The notes under the pieces are model-generated. The model searched no databases. It was given only the letters and a program-made list of their open reading frames with translations, and was not told where the DNA came from. DNA of 62,294 bases, the filler included, from Chiloscyllium plagiosum (Eukaryota): NCBI RefSeq assembly GCF_004010195.1. It is 5 parts of one record of this genome, joined end to end, with 100 filler letters (N's around TTAATTAATTAA, not from the genome) between each part and the next. Parts side by side here need not be neighbours in the genome. Positions count along the whole stretch, not along the records: positions 33,348 to 44,614 come from NC_057717.1; positions 44,715 to 57,701 come from NC_057717.1; 3 more parts are not named here. One strand, 5' to 3'. Position numbers and translations under genes: made by a program. Positions 40,236 through 53,042 of this stretch are shown in pieces; position 1 is the first letter of the stretch, and every line of letters starts with the position of its first letter.

Positions 40236-40919
40236 AAATTTCACCACTGTTTCGAAGTGTAACATGTGCTAAATGTTGGTGAAACCTATACATCGTGATC
40301 GCAAAATTAAAATTGAAAATTACCCGTTGAAATTTACGAAGGCAACATCTAATGAGAAATGCTGATTGAAGTTATGTCGCAACATCTCTTTAAAAAGAAT
40401 ACTATAAGAGTTATAAGATCAGGATGTTATAAGAGTTATAAGATCAGATTGAGCAATCACAGGTTTAACGTGGCTGCCATCAAAAGTCGTATTTCAAAGG
40501 CACTGACAGTCTTCCCAGAGGATTCGCAATTGACAAGAAACTGAACTGAGAAAGCGATATATTTTACAGGCACAGAGAAAGATGAGAGGCAAGGAATCCT
40601 GCAGAGAGGATCACATCGCCTAATTCACACAAATCATATTCATAATCAACAAGTTTTATGTCACAATGGAGATCGCATACGCGCACAGTTCCAGCATTGG
40701 TGCATCTTCAATTACAATCACGAACATTTTGCAATATAGGTCAAAGGAGTGGCTTCTTTGAAGCTAGATCCAAAACATGCGAGCCCTTGGCCACGGACGC
40801 TAACGACCAGCATTGCTTATAATCCACAGGACACACTGCAGAAATTTAATATGCAACTTTAGACAACATTTTCCAAACCTGCGGCAAATTCCATCGAGGT
40901 AAAAAAAGGCAGCATACAC

Positions 40920-41190
40920 ATTTGAATGCCAACACCTGCAAATTCTCTTTCAAGTCACTCATCATCCAGTCTTGGAAGTATGTCGTCGTTCCTTCACTAT
41001 CTGTTCATCGACATTGTGGAATGACCACTGCAATGACGTTGTCGGGTTGCCTACAACAAATGCATTGCAGTAAATCAGGAAGCTACCTTATCAGCGCCTT
41101 CTCCACGGCCAAGTCGGGCAGATAGTAAATGGCGGCCCAGCTGACCAGTTTCCACAAACCCGAGTAAGTTTTGAAAACATGAAAAAGGAA
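40920..41190 (+). mobile_element. LINE (CR1/L2 group) 3' end, degenerate
   Basis: TTGGAAGTATGTCGTCGTTCCTTCACT...CCTTCTC...GTAAATGGCGGCCCAGC tail motif. Confidence 0.45.
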
Positions 41191-44100
41191 ATTGGTGACC
41201 AATGAGATGATTGATTCAAGAGCATGAATTTTGCATTCACCCTTCTTTCTCGAAAAAGTACTATTTGATTTAAAGAAAAAAAAATACACCTGGTTCATTA
41301 CAAGCAGCAGTTGACAGCAAAGAAGACCCAGTAGACCTACTCTTTGTTACTTAATACAAGCTGTCTGCCTCTGTTCACAGGAGAACCATATAGAAAATGA
41401 ACTGAATTAAGAGCAGAAGAAGAAAGAACATTTTGAAGCACAGTGAGCTAACTGAGCCATCCCACTTAACCTGAAGACATGTACTGATAGGTCATTGTGC
41501 AAATGTACAAGGTGCACTCTTGTCAATTTGAAATAATCCGTTTGTTCATTTCATATTCGCAGAGGGCAGAACATAACCAATTTAATATTGCTGTTCATGA
41601 AATCAAGTAAAGTCAAACCACATTGACACACTTATGTCAGTGGGTCTGCCTTAATTGCGGGAAATATGCTAGATATGATTATCAAGAAAACCTCAGCAAA
41701 ACTGTGTGCTCAGAAACAATTAATAAAAAGTTCTTCCAATTATGGGAAATCTATTCATCACACTAAAAAGGGTATTCAGTATATTTTATTTGTATAATTA
41801 TAAATTGGATCAACAAAGTTTGTTGCTGGGTCATTAACACCGCTCAGATTTTGTTTTTACTGGAAATGTCAAGGACATCTCTGAGGTATCTGTAGAATAT
41901 GAATTAAATGGAAAAAAATTCACAACCACTTTAAAATATAGGCACATGGCAATAGGTGTTACATTCAACGATACTGTTTTCGAAAAAAATAATTAGTCTG
42001 GACACTAATATTAGCAGAAATCAAGTTAGGGAAAAGACAGAATACATCAGTTTGCACTAATCACTTCTCAGATGCAAGGAAATAAAATTTGACGGGCCAA
42101 TTCGATTCATACACTCTGTAATAGTGGTTCAGATCCGATGAGTCATGTTTGACCCAGCAATGCATTACAAACGTAAACCATAAATCGCAATTTACGAAAT
42201 TAAAATACAACAACTTTGACTGGCACGTGTCTTTTTTAGCGTGCCTTTCTTGCTTCTGTATTCTGTTCATTATTTATGATACAACAATCCTGCTTTGTGA
42301 GCAGCCATACCCATTTTCCAATCTCTTCGAAAATATCTAGGCTCGTCGAATATTGTTCGTTTACTAATGCACACTTACCCAAAAACTTGTACTGTTTCTC
42401 GTTAACCTTTCTCCCAAACATAACATCAATTAAATTTCCTTTTCTAGTTCTTTGTCTTTTGAGAGCTGGCCAAAAGATGTCTGATTATGAATACTGTTTT
42501 ATTATTAAGATTTGTATTCCTGTGGTGGTGAGGTTTGTCCCTTTCATTCATCAGATGTTTTACTGTCTAATTTACATGCTGATCTAATTTTCCAATGTCA
42601 CTGTGCACTGTGCAATGTCAATGTTTCAGCATTCTAATATTTCAGGCAATTATCAACAATCCTTTTTGAGAGCAACGTGTTTGCTTGGGATTATTGTGAT
42701 CAATGCAAAGAAAAAAAGTTTGACATGGGATACCGGAAATCCGTTGACTGTAAGTTCTATCAAGCGACATCTCTGTACATTCTGGTTTTATTATTGGACG
42801 ATTTCCTTGTTTTGTTAATCAGCGACAATGGTCAATGTGGTATTCTCTAATGTCAGCAGCAGCATGACCATAAACAGAAGCAAGAAACAACTGATGCAGT
42901 CAGACCTGGATAAACTAGTTCCTGCACAATGGATTCAATGATTTCTTCAATCAATCGTGCACTGAAAAGAATAAGCTGGAATTTCACAGCACTATATCAT
43001 AATCTGTCCAAACACCAAATGTAGATTTAGACGATGTAAGCTTGGATTTGAGTTTATGTTGAGGTCTATTTTGTTTGTTTATTTTATTTTCAATTCCAGG
43101 AGAACATGTTTTGGCGTACACACTTTATTTAAGACGACTAAGTACTTAATCGCATGCTCTCTAAATTATGTGTCTCTTTCAAATATTGCCTTCGCAAATG
43201 TAACGATATTTAAATATTCTTGTCGTTTGCTTCGACTTTACTTCTTAGTGGTGTTAATGCGAACATTTTATTCTGGTCATTAATTAAATGCGTAAATAAT
43301 ACATAAAAATAATGCTGTGAGTCAATCCCCTTGTAAAGATGGCAACCATTCAGATTTGTCCCTGTAAGAACCCGCGCGAAATGCATCCCCACTATGATGA
43401 CTATTCGCACAAAGGAAAACCAAACACCTTCAGGAACTCAATTAGCTCTTCTATGGTGAGCTGAATTCCATGTGAAATCCCTGTTAGAATCATTAGTACC
43501 TTCTCCTATCGCTGTATTCTTACACACGACCTCAATTTATGATGTGTCCAAAGCTGCAGGGGCGCCGTAGATTAGCAGAGCTAACAGGTAATGTCATTCC
43601 AATGAACACCCAACCATATTCCGAGTTAAAACCAGGTGGTCTGTATTGAAAAATGCTATGGAATTCATATCAGTTATAAACTATGCGTTCCATGATCGAC
43701 ACAGTTTTCCAATCCTGGACAGACTTTAATTTTAATATCCAGACGTCGGTGGGAAGGTTCCAACTCCCTGTCACCTCTGGTATGAATTTTTATCTGTTTG
43801 TTTCCCGATTTATTTCACATCATAATGCGTTTGAAAAGAAACTGTTATGCATGTTGCTTAACACACCCAATTTCGACAGCCAATTTATGCACAAAATAGT
43901 TTTTCAGCTATACTTTGTCGTGTTTTGGGGATTTGGACTGGTGGAGACATCGAATCATTCGAGCGTATGCTGCAGATCATTCGTTCTGTGCGGGACAGCG
44001 CTGAGGCACTTCAGATCTCATGCATTCTGAAGAAGGAGATCGGTGTTCAAAATCTTCACTCTGCCTTTCTCTCCAGAGAAATTTCTAGAACTGCTGAATT

Positions 44101-44714
44101 GCACCTATGTCTTGTAGCATACAGAATATGTAATCAAAATCTGTGCTTTCTCTCACATATGTTCCATAACGATATGAAACCATCACAATGATGTGTGAAA
44201 TTGCTTTCTTTGGTTCATTATAAAACAAGATATTATTTAAAAGAAAAAGGTCTCTCACTTTATAATAATGCCATTGCCTTATTGACATCTTGACCAATAA
44301 GAACAGTTTTGTTTCACCAAGTCATTGCACTTCAAAATGATGCGCGGATTTAGCTGATTCTTCACTCATACCTTTCTGCTGCATTTACAAGAATCACAGA
44401 TTCCCCAGGACAGGCCCCATGGTGTCTCACTTAATGCACAGTATTACATGATACGGGAGGATCACAAGTTAATACAGTTCTTTACTTGTGAGCCATCAGA
44501 TATGTGTGCTCGTTTAAATTTGGCAATGTCATATCCTGTCGTTCCTGCATCGATTCCCATGTCGTGACCTATGCAGGGAGACTTGCAAAGTCGGAAGTAT
44601 GTTCCGTAGATTGGNNNNNNNNNNNNNNNNNNNNNNNNNNNNNNNNNNNNNNNNNNNNTTAATTAATTAANNNNNNNNNNNNNNNNNNNNNNNNNNNNNN
44701 NNNNNNNNNNNNNN

Positions 44715-45300
44715 ACCATTAAGAGAGTGAAGGACTTAGCAAGCACACAGAGTGATGGAGAATTACAATGTAACATTTGCTGCAGCAATGAGCACTGGCT
44801 GAGTTGCTATGATGGCAAAAACAAATACGAATTCGGCCCATTTGTTTAAATCGTGCCCCAAATGTCAACTCGAATCAAGTTTGACTTTAGTATATTGACA
44901 ATATTAAAACCAATGAAACAATCTGATGCTTTGCGGTTTAAGACTGGGAAAAAAATAGATTTGATTGATCTGCTAGTTGTCTACTTTTCGAAAAAGCTCA
45001 ACATCCAACAGAGGAAATAATTTATGATAGAAAAAGAACTGTTGAGATTGGTACTCACCTTACAACATTATAATGTGAATGTCACGAACAATGCGTTGGA
45101 GATGAATGTATACTTGGATCACAATCATCTTACATTCTTAGAAAGCTTTAAAGATCAGAATATGGGCCTATGTCGTCGGAGTCTTATGTTACAGACGTTT
45201 AGTTTTTTACATGTAGCCGGTCATAGGAATGTAATCGCAGATGCAGTATTGCAGATATAATTGATAAAGTTTAGATACCAGTTGCATTTATTTAGTGTTT

Positions 45301-45354
<54 letters not shown>

Positions 45355-46192
45355 ATCTGAGAATAAACTTAAGGAGAAGTTAAAGTTATCCGTATGTTAG
45401 CGTAATGTGTTTAAAGAATATGAAAAAAGAGGCCATCTTTTCATTATGGTGGTTCCATTTTTGTTAAAGGGGAGGGCCGTTTCGAAGGTGTAGAAGTACA
45501 CTGTACCTTTAAGAGAGTGAAGGAATTAACAAGCAGACAGAGTGCTGTTAAATTTACAGTGTATCATTTGGTCCAGCAGGTAGCACTTGCTGAGTTGTTA
45601 CGATACAAAATCAAATCAGATTAGGCCAATCCGTTTACATTATATTTGAAAATAACTAACTACAATCAAGTTTGAATGTAGTCTATTGACAATATTAAAA
45701 AACAATTAAACGATCCAATGCTTTGGGATATAAGACTGGTTAAAATTGAACAGTTGAGGGGATAACTGTCAAGTTACCAGCATGGACAGCCTGCCCGAAA
45801 CACACCTCTTTTCAAGGTATATATATCTATCAATGAGCTGTGAATCAGAAGTCCCTGAGAAGACGAGCATCGACAGAGGAAGATACAAAGAGAAAATTCG
45901 AGAACTGCCTGGTTTTGAAACTTGATTTTTTGGGAAATCTTGCTCGGGGGTTTGATCAGATAAGTATTGTAGAAGGGAAAGTAAAAGATACCCTAAACGA
46001 AGTAGTTATAAGTAGTTGTTATTTAATTAGTCTCTGTCATACTTTAAGAAATAAAGTTGTTCATTTTTACTTTAAATAGTTCTTGGCCTCTCGAATTTTG
46101 ACAGATTACTGCACGGGATAAACCTTTTCTGTGTTGCCTGTATAAATTAAGCCTGGGTGGCATGGGATGTGTATTCTGTCTGTGTCGTTACA
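44715..46192 (+). mobile_element. Deleted Gypsy/Ty3 LTR retrotransposon: partial 5' LTR, RNase H end of pol, PPT, 3' LTR
   Basis: 44715-44955 resembles 45505-45745. YFSKKLN..QRK*..IEKELL.LVL.LQH...VYLDHN.LTFL...RSL.LQ.F...HV.G..NVIADA then stop at 45260. PPT AAAGGGGAGGG at ~45466. Ends CGTTACA at 46192. Confidence 0.85.
45303..45352. repeat. (CA)n microsatellite
   Basis: Direct reading. Confidence 0.95.
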
Positions 46193-46744
46193 TATGACAC
46201 AGCAGACGGTGCATAAACTCCAGAAGGAATATGGACTGTCTCTCTGCAGTTGGGAGACCTCCAACGCACACAGATCCCATCTCTCCCGCAGATCCAGTTT
46301 CCAAAACTAAAAACGTGAAAGTTCCCAACATTATTCGAACCATGCAGTCATTGACTTTCAGGTTTGAGTTTCTTTGAGTGGAAATTACTCTATTTCATTT
46401 CCTGATGGCAATAAATACACTTTCCATCGCTCCTCAAATGCTGACAGCAGAAGATTCATTTTCCTCTCTGTGTTGTTTGTAGTAAGTATTACTACGACTG
46501 TGAACTGTCAATCGTTTCTTTCAGTGCTCTGAGGCAACATCTGTGACGTATTTAATCACAGATCAAAGGAGGACAGAGTCCAACTTTATTTGGGCCTCCT
46601 GCCAGATTAACATCTCCAACAATCGAGTGACAGTTCTCTCTAACTCTTTCAGCATTCTTTGTGCACCTCAGTATCACTGATGCAGCTGCCATTACTGAGA
46701 TTATTTCTGACTGCAGCTGACCGTAAGGCACAACCAAATAGAGA

Positions 46745-47035
46745 TTAGATTAGATTACTTACAGAGTGGAAACAGGGCCTTCGGCCCAACAAGTCCACAC
46801 TGCCCCACCGAAGAGCAATCCACCTATACCCATTCCCCTACATTTACTCCTTCACCTAACACTTACGGACAATTTAGCATGGTCAATTCATCTAATCTGC
46901 ACATTTGTGGACTGTGGGAGGAAACAGGAGCACTCGGAGGAAACCCACGCAGACACGAGGAGAATGTCAGGTGCCTGAGGTGGGAATTGAACCCGGATCT
47001 CTGGCGCTGTGAGGCAGCGGTGCTTCCGTGCCGCC
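46745..47035 (-). mobile_element. HE1-type SINE
   Basis: (TAGAT)n tail, GGAAACAGGGCCTTCGGCCC, GGAAACCCACGCAGACACG, tRNA-like head on the minus strand. Confidence 0.85.
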
Positions 47036-47060
47036 CACTTTTTAACTTAACATGCACGAA

Positions 47061-47134
47061 TCTGCCTGGATAGGCTCGAACCATTGACCTTTCTGTCAAC
47101 AGTCGAACACGCTAACAGATTGCAGCACAGAAAC
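47061..47134 (-). pseudogene. tRNA-Asn(GTT)-derived pseudogene
   Basis: GTTTCTGTGCTGCAATCTGTTAGCGTGTTCGACTGTTGACAGAAAGGTCAATGGTTCGAGCCTATCCAGGCAGA is 74 nt and gaplessly colinear with vertebrate tRNA-Asn as recalled. Stems disrupted. Confidence 0.8.
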
Positions 47135-47812
47135 TCCAGAGGTTGAGATCTGGAAACATTCCCAGGAAGCAGTGAAACCAATCATATGAATTTACATTTG
47201 TATCACGAGGACAGACATCAAATTCGAAGTTGTGTAATCACTGATGGTTAAACATTAGCATTGGCAGCACTATGTGAGGTAGTGATTAACTCTGTCACTT
47301 GCAACCTATCATGAGTTTTTGAATGATGATAGAACTTCTTATAATTGCATCTTGCTTGTGGAAGCTGTGTTCCTTTAAAATGTAATTCAAACCTTAAGAG
47401 CACATGCGAACCGTCATGACCAATCATGTGAGTAGCACTTACTTTGTTCACAATCATCATCTATTTTCCTTCAGCTTGCATCTCTGAATTGCTTTCCAGT
47501 GCTGAATTGAAGTATTGATACTTGCTAATTTGACTGTCGTGAAAGAAGCATTGCAATTCAACTGGTCATTTTGAGGAAGCATCTCGATCTATATTCAAGT
47601 GATCTCCATCTTACGATGTGGATAAGATGAGTGCTCTCTTAAATGTCTGGCTTTGTGTAAAAATAAAAGTCCGCCGAGAGGTTTGTCTCTGACGCTTGCT
47701 CGAGAAATGCGGGATTGGTGTATTATACCATTGACATTGGATTGGGAGACGTTGACTGTTTACGAGCAGCAATATATTGCTGTAATTATAGAGGGGCTTT
47801 GGTATGCACGAA

Positions 47813-47886
47813 TCTGCCTGGATCGGCTCGAACCATTGATCTTTCTGTCAACAGTCGAACACGCGAACAGATTGCACCACAGAAAC
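47813..47886 (-). pseudogene. tRNA-Asn(GTT)-derived pseudogene, duplicate copy
   Basis: Second unit of the 752-bp duplication. Confidence 0.8.
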
Positions 47887-50542
47887 TCCAGAGGTTGAGA
47901 TCTGGAAACATTCCCAGGAAGCAGTGAAACCAATCATATGAATTTACATTTGTATCACGAGGACAGACATCAAATTCGACGTTGTGTGATCACTGATGGT
48001 TAAACATTAGCATTGGCAGCACTATGTAAGGTAGTGATTAACTCTGTCACTTGCAACCTATCAGGAGTTTTTGAATGATGATAGAACTTCTTATAATTGC
48101 ACCTTGCTTGTGGAAGCTGTGTTCCTTTAAAATGTAATTCAAACCTTAAGAGCACATGCGAACCGTCATGACCAATCATGTGAGTAGCACTTACTTTGCT
48201 CACAATCATCATCTATTTTCCTTCAACTTGCATCTCTGAATTGCTTTCCAGTGCTGAATTGAAGTATTGATACTTGCTAATTCGACTGTCATGAAAGAAG
48301 CATTGCAATTCAACTGGTCATTGTGAGGAAGCATCTCGATCTATATTCAAGTGGTCTCCATCTTACCATGTGGATAAGATGAGTGCTCTCTTAAATGTCT
48401 GGCTTTGTGTAAAAATAAAAGTCCGCCGAGAGGTTTGTCTCTGACGCTTGCTCGAGAAATGCGGGATTGGTGTATTATACCAGTGACATTGGATTGGGAG
48501 ACGTTGACTGTTTACGAGCAGCAATATATTGCTGTAATTATAGAGGGGCTTTGGTGAGACCACGCACAGAACATTGAGTACAATTTGAAACTACTTATCT
48601 TAGAAAGGATGCTTTGGCTATGAAGAGATTGCAGCAAAGACTGATTCTTGGGACGACAGGTTAGAATTGTGAAAATGTATTGTATTCGTTTGGACTATAT
48701 TCACTGGGAGTTAAGAAAAATGAGAGCGGAGGAGGGATGACATAAAAACACACAAAAATTGAACAGTTTCACACAAAGTATGTACATAAACGATTGCTTG
48801 CTATGACCTTTCGGGGGATGGTGATGAAAGGTAGTGGTATGTGGAAGGGATAACCTACAATCAGAGGGCCACAGTCCAAAGAAACAGTGTCTGTCTGCAA
48901 TGAGTGGAAATGTCTTCACACAGTCAGTGGGGAATGAAGGTATCACATTTTCTGCCACAGAGAACGGACAATGATAAAACATTTAATATTTCCAAGCAGG
49001 AGTTAGATAAATTTCTTGGGATCAATGTGACCGAATGATATGTGGGTGCAACCAGAGATCTTGAGTTTGAGTTGAATAATCGACCATGATCCCATTATAT
49101 CGTGGAGCAGGAACGAATCGTTGAATTAACTCTCCAACTCCCATTGTCTCTGCTTCCATTTTGTCCATGTTGGGTCGAGAAGCAATGTTGGCACCAGGGA
49201 TTGAATTGAGTTTATCTGGGGAGTAGTGTTCTGCTGTTTGTTGGTTTCAAGGTGAGCGATCACGCCAAATCGTACGACATCTCAGCCCTAGAGTTTTGTC
49301 ATGGGGTGGGGAGCATCTAATCCAGTTGATGGGGTGGGAAGGGAGGGCAGCTTTTAATGTTGTTCGGTATGCAGCAATCGTTTTGTTGAGTGTCTGAGAG
49401 AGGGTGCGAATGGGTTTGTACTAACAGAGAGTTTACAATGACATTTAGACAGTGGATCTGTCCTAACAGGGTGTTCACACGGAGACTTAGAGAATGGATC
49501 TGCACTAGTGAGCCTTCGTAGTGAGATTCAGGAGTGGGTGACAAGTCGGTTCAGTGTGCAAATGTCCAATTGGCTTGTTGTTGTGTCCTGTTCATGAGAT
49601 GGTGGATTCAGATGACATTGCAGGCAGACGGATGGTGGATAACAGGACTGTGTATTCACATCTGGAATGGCAGGCCTCAGTTGTTTATTAAGATTTGTTT
49701 AATTGGGGGCGTCTCCATTAAGGCACTTAAGTCGGGTTTATTCCTCTAATTACCTCACACAATTTTGAAGATTAATTGAGCTAGGATTCTCATAAAAGCC
49801 AACATTCTCCCTCACGAAGCACCCAACCAATGAAACTCTTTCTTTCTGGCCACTGCCCCCTCTGATACCTTCCATCACTGGATTCTGGAACTGAACATGT
49901 GTGTCAGCGAGTAGCTGTGTTTCTTGTTGTTTTTTTAAGTGGGGTCGGTGAACAGAGAGTTTTACTCTACTTCTGACACTGTGATTGTTTGAAGGGGTAA
50001 TGTCTCTGGAATTTTATTCTGTATTTCAACCCGTGTTGTCCANNNNNNNNNNNNNNNNNNNNNNNNNNNNNNNNNNNNNNNNNNNNNNNNNNNNNNNNNN
50101 NNNNNNNNNNNNNNNNNNNNNNNNNNNNNNNNNNNNNNNNNNNNNNNNNNNNNNNNNNNNNNNNNNNNNNNNNNNNNNNNNNNNNNNNNNNNNNNNNNNN
50201 NNNNNNNNNNNNNNNNNNNNNNNNNNNNNNNNNNNNNNNNNNNNNNNNNNNNNNNNNNNNNNNNNNNNNNNNNNNNNNNNNNNNNNNNNNNNNNNNNNNN
50301 NNNNNNNNNNNNNNNNNNNNNNNNNNNNNNNNNNNNNNNNNNNNNNNNNNNNNNNNNNNNNNNNNNNNNNNNNNNNNNNNNNNNNNNNNNNNNNNNNNNN
50401 NNNNNNNNNNNNNNNNNNNNNNNNNNNNNNNNNNNNNNNNNNNNNNNNNNNNNNNNNNNNNNNNNNNNNNNNNNNNNNNNNNNNNNNNNNNNNNNNNNNN
50501 NNNNNNNNNNNNNNNNNNNNNNNNNNNNNNNNNNNNNNNNNN

Positions 50543-50708
50543 AAGTCCAGGAAAGTCCTTTGGAAATAATAATTACTGATTTGTCTCAATATGACTTCTG
50601 TAATAATGACAAGTAGATCCGCCGATGCCATTGCCACGAGATAATGAGAGGTGCAACTGGAAAGGCCACAATTCCCGCGAGACATGATCACAATTCCTAG
50701 CAAATTCA
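50543..50708 (-). CDS. GPR139-like GPCR exon 2 start (TM1-TM2), truncated by a gap
   Basis: Acceptor TCTCCTTTACAG|TG AAT, then VNLLGIVIMSRGNCGLSSCTSHYLVAMASADLLVIITEVILRQISNYYFQRTFLD. Confidence 0.9.
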
Positions 50709-51489
50709 CTGTAAAGGAGAGAAGGGAAAATGACAGAAAATAGCTAGAATAGTTTTGTTCTCTTCTGTAGTTGGCTGTAAGTCCAAAATGCTTGCAGTGA
50801 GATTAATGTGTGTATCTTTTGGAGGGAGGGCAGAGTCAAACGGGTGGAGACTTATTTTGCTCAGATCTCTTATCTCCAGCTCCAACACATCTACAATGCA
50901 TTCAATTGGCAGAGTCTGTGCATATCGTTCAACACCGAAAAGTTAAAAAAGGGAATAGGGGGTAAAGGGTTTTACATAACTTGGTTAAAGTTATGAAGTG
51001 CAAGCAGTAATCACCGAAATTAAAATCATGGTGAATGCCTTTAGAGAAAACAAGAGCTGAGTTTAATCAACATGGCTAACGAATTTTCAAAACTATGTGG
51101 GTTGATTTCAATTGCCAGCACATCAAATATCTGCAGAACAAAAATAGATTCAGATAGTCATATAGATGTATACAATCGAAAAAGATCATTTGGTAAAATC
51201 TGCCTTTGGCCAACAACACCCTCTTAAATATTCTAAACCGATTTACACTTCAAGAAAAAAACAACCAAAGTGTTATTACGGTTACTGTCTTTCTCACACA
51301 TACAGGCAGTGAATTCTGTTTTATCACCACTCTCTTGGAAAAAAAATGTATTTTCCTCTCATCCTTTCTAAATGTTTTGCCTTTTACTTTGAATTGTTGG
51401 ACCCTGCTCATTGATCTCGCCCACAACAGAGAAAAATTGCTTCTTGTGTACGATGTATACCCTTCATAACATTATACATCTTTCTAATG

Positions 51490-51725
51490 TCAAGATGAGA
51501 GTGGTGCTGGAGAAGCACAGCAGGTCAGGCAACATCCGAGGAGCAGGAAAAATCGACGTTTTGGGAAAAAGCTCTTCATAAGGAATGAGGGATGTCTCAT
51601 TCCTAATGAAGGACTTTTGCCTGAAATGTCGATTTTTCCTGCTCCTCGGATACTACCTGACGTGCTTGCTTCTCCAGCACCACTCTCATCTTGACTCTGA
51701 TTTCCAGCATCTCCTTTACCCACTT
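51490..51725 (+). mobile_element. Penelope-type palindromic element with degenerate hammerhead-like cores
   Basis: ~105-bp inverted arms. Candidate TSD CATCTTTCTAATGT (51477-51490) vs CATCTTACTGATGT (51727-51740). Confidence 0.75.
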
Positions 51726-52659
51726 CCATCTTACTGATGTGTTGTCTCAATCTCCTCTGTTCTAATGAAATCAAGCCCAATCAGTGCAATCATTCTCTGA
51801 AACTAAAATTCACCCACCGAGTCAGAACATATTTCACGAAAAGTGGATTTTTGTTGGAAAGAGAGAAATGAATTTGTCATCGACACGCAATAAAAAGTGT
51901 GACATTTACGATAGTTCAGCCTGCTTTTTCTGCTGAAGAGACTATCATGTGTTTAATGTCAAAAAGTGTGGCTCGGGAAAAGCGCAGCATGTCAGGCAGC
52001 ATCAGAGAACCAGGGGAGTCGAAATTTCGGGCAGACGTCCGACATCAGGAATGTGATGACTTTAATCTGACGGTTACCAAACCTCAGACGAAGGGCAAAG
52101 GTCAAAAAGGAAAGACGCCCACGGTAACGTCAACCTGCAGAATTGAAGCGGCAATGTAGCCATCAGTTTGCATTTCAACACAGCCAATCCAGCCAAGTAA
52201 ACAAACTGATTCACAATAACTGGTTAATATCTGTTTTTCTATTCAACACGAGTCAGAGAAATATCGAGAAATTAAAAAACGTTTGAATCCAACAATGATT
52301 TTTCACTCTACTGCACGGGAAAGAAAATCCAGGAGTAAAGCAAAATAGAGAAAAAAAAATTGCAGGCAACTTCTTTGTTGACAAAAAAATGAGTATTGCT
52401 GAAGAAAACGTTTTTTTTTTAAGTGTGTTTCTCTTGGTTTCAGCAGGCCAAATACAAGATTAATCAATACAGGGGAAAACAAACAGTACGAAACGAACGA
52501 TGTCACAGCCATAAAGTCATCCAGATATTCAGCACAGAAACAAACACTTCAGTCCAACCCGTCCGTGCCGACCAGATGTCCTACCCCAATCCAGCCCCAT
52601 CTGGCAGCTCTCGGCCCATATCCCTCCAATCCCTTCCTATTCATATACCCATGCAGACG

Positions 52660-52840
52660 TCAGGGTGACACGGTGATTCAGTGATAATCACTGCTCTGCT
52701 TCTCAGAGCCAGGCACCCGGGATTGATTCCCACCTTGGGCGACTCTTTATGTGGAGCTTGCACACTCTCCTCGTGTCTACATAGGTTTCCTCCCACAACA
52801 CAAAAATGTGCGGGACATGTAGATTGGCTGTGCTAAACCA
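52660..52840 (+). mobile_element. HE1-type SINE 5' part, next to a CR1 3' tail on the minus strand (~52510-52650)
   Basis: GGTGACACGGTGATTCAGTG head; GTGGAGCTTGCACACTCTCC core. Confidence 0.65.
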
Positions 52841-52883
52841 TCATCAACAAGGGTACATTTTTTCAATGCTTACAGTCACTTAC

Positions 52884-52950
52884 CAGGAACACCAATGACA
52901 GCGAGAATCACGTAATATATTTTCACCACCTGCTGAATTGGAAGATGCAT
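52884..52950 (-). CDS. GPR139-like GPCR exon 1, intact
   Basis: ATG at 52950 gives MHLPIQQVVKIYYVILAVIGVP then CCTG|GTAAGT phase-1 donor. Joins in frame to 50708 across a gap-free 2175-bp GT-AG intron. Confidence 0.9.
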
Positions 52951-53035
52951 TTTCAAAATTAATTCATTTGTCCATTCCTCTCGTCCTCAATCTTTCTCTA
53001 TCAAAGCCCGATGCGATAATTTCCTGAAGTGCTTC

Positions 53036-53042
53036 TTTTATA
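53036..53042 (-). promoter_or_regulatory. Candidate TATA box (TATAAAA) ~90 bp upstream of the GPCR ATG
   Basis: Minus strand reads GGATATAAAAGAAG; position is plausible but untested. Confidence 0.5.

Larger units (their letters stand above)
47052..48555. repeat. 752-bp tandem duplication (47052-47803, 47804-48555)
   Basis: Near-identical units; matching ORFs 47248..47460 and 48000..48212. Confidence 0.95.

Noticed and set aside
46450..46740. SVILRC peptide suggestive of an Ig V domain
   Set aside because: No conserved Trp, no DxxxYxC motif and no RSS.
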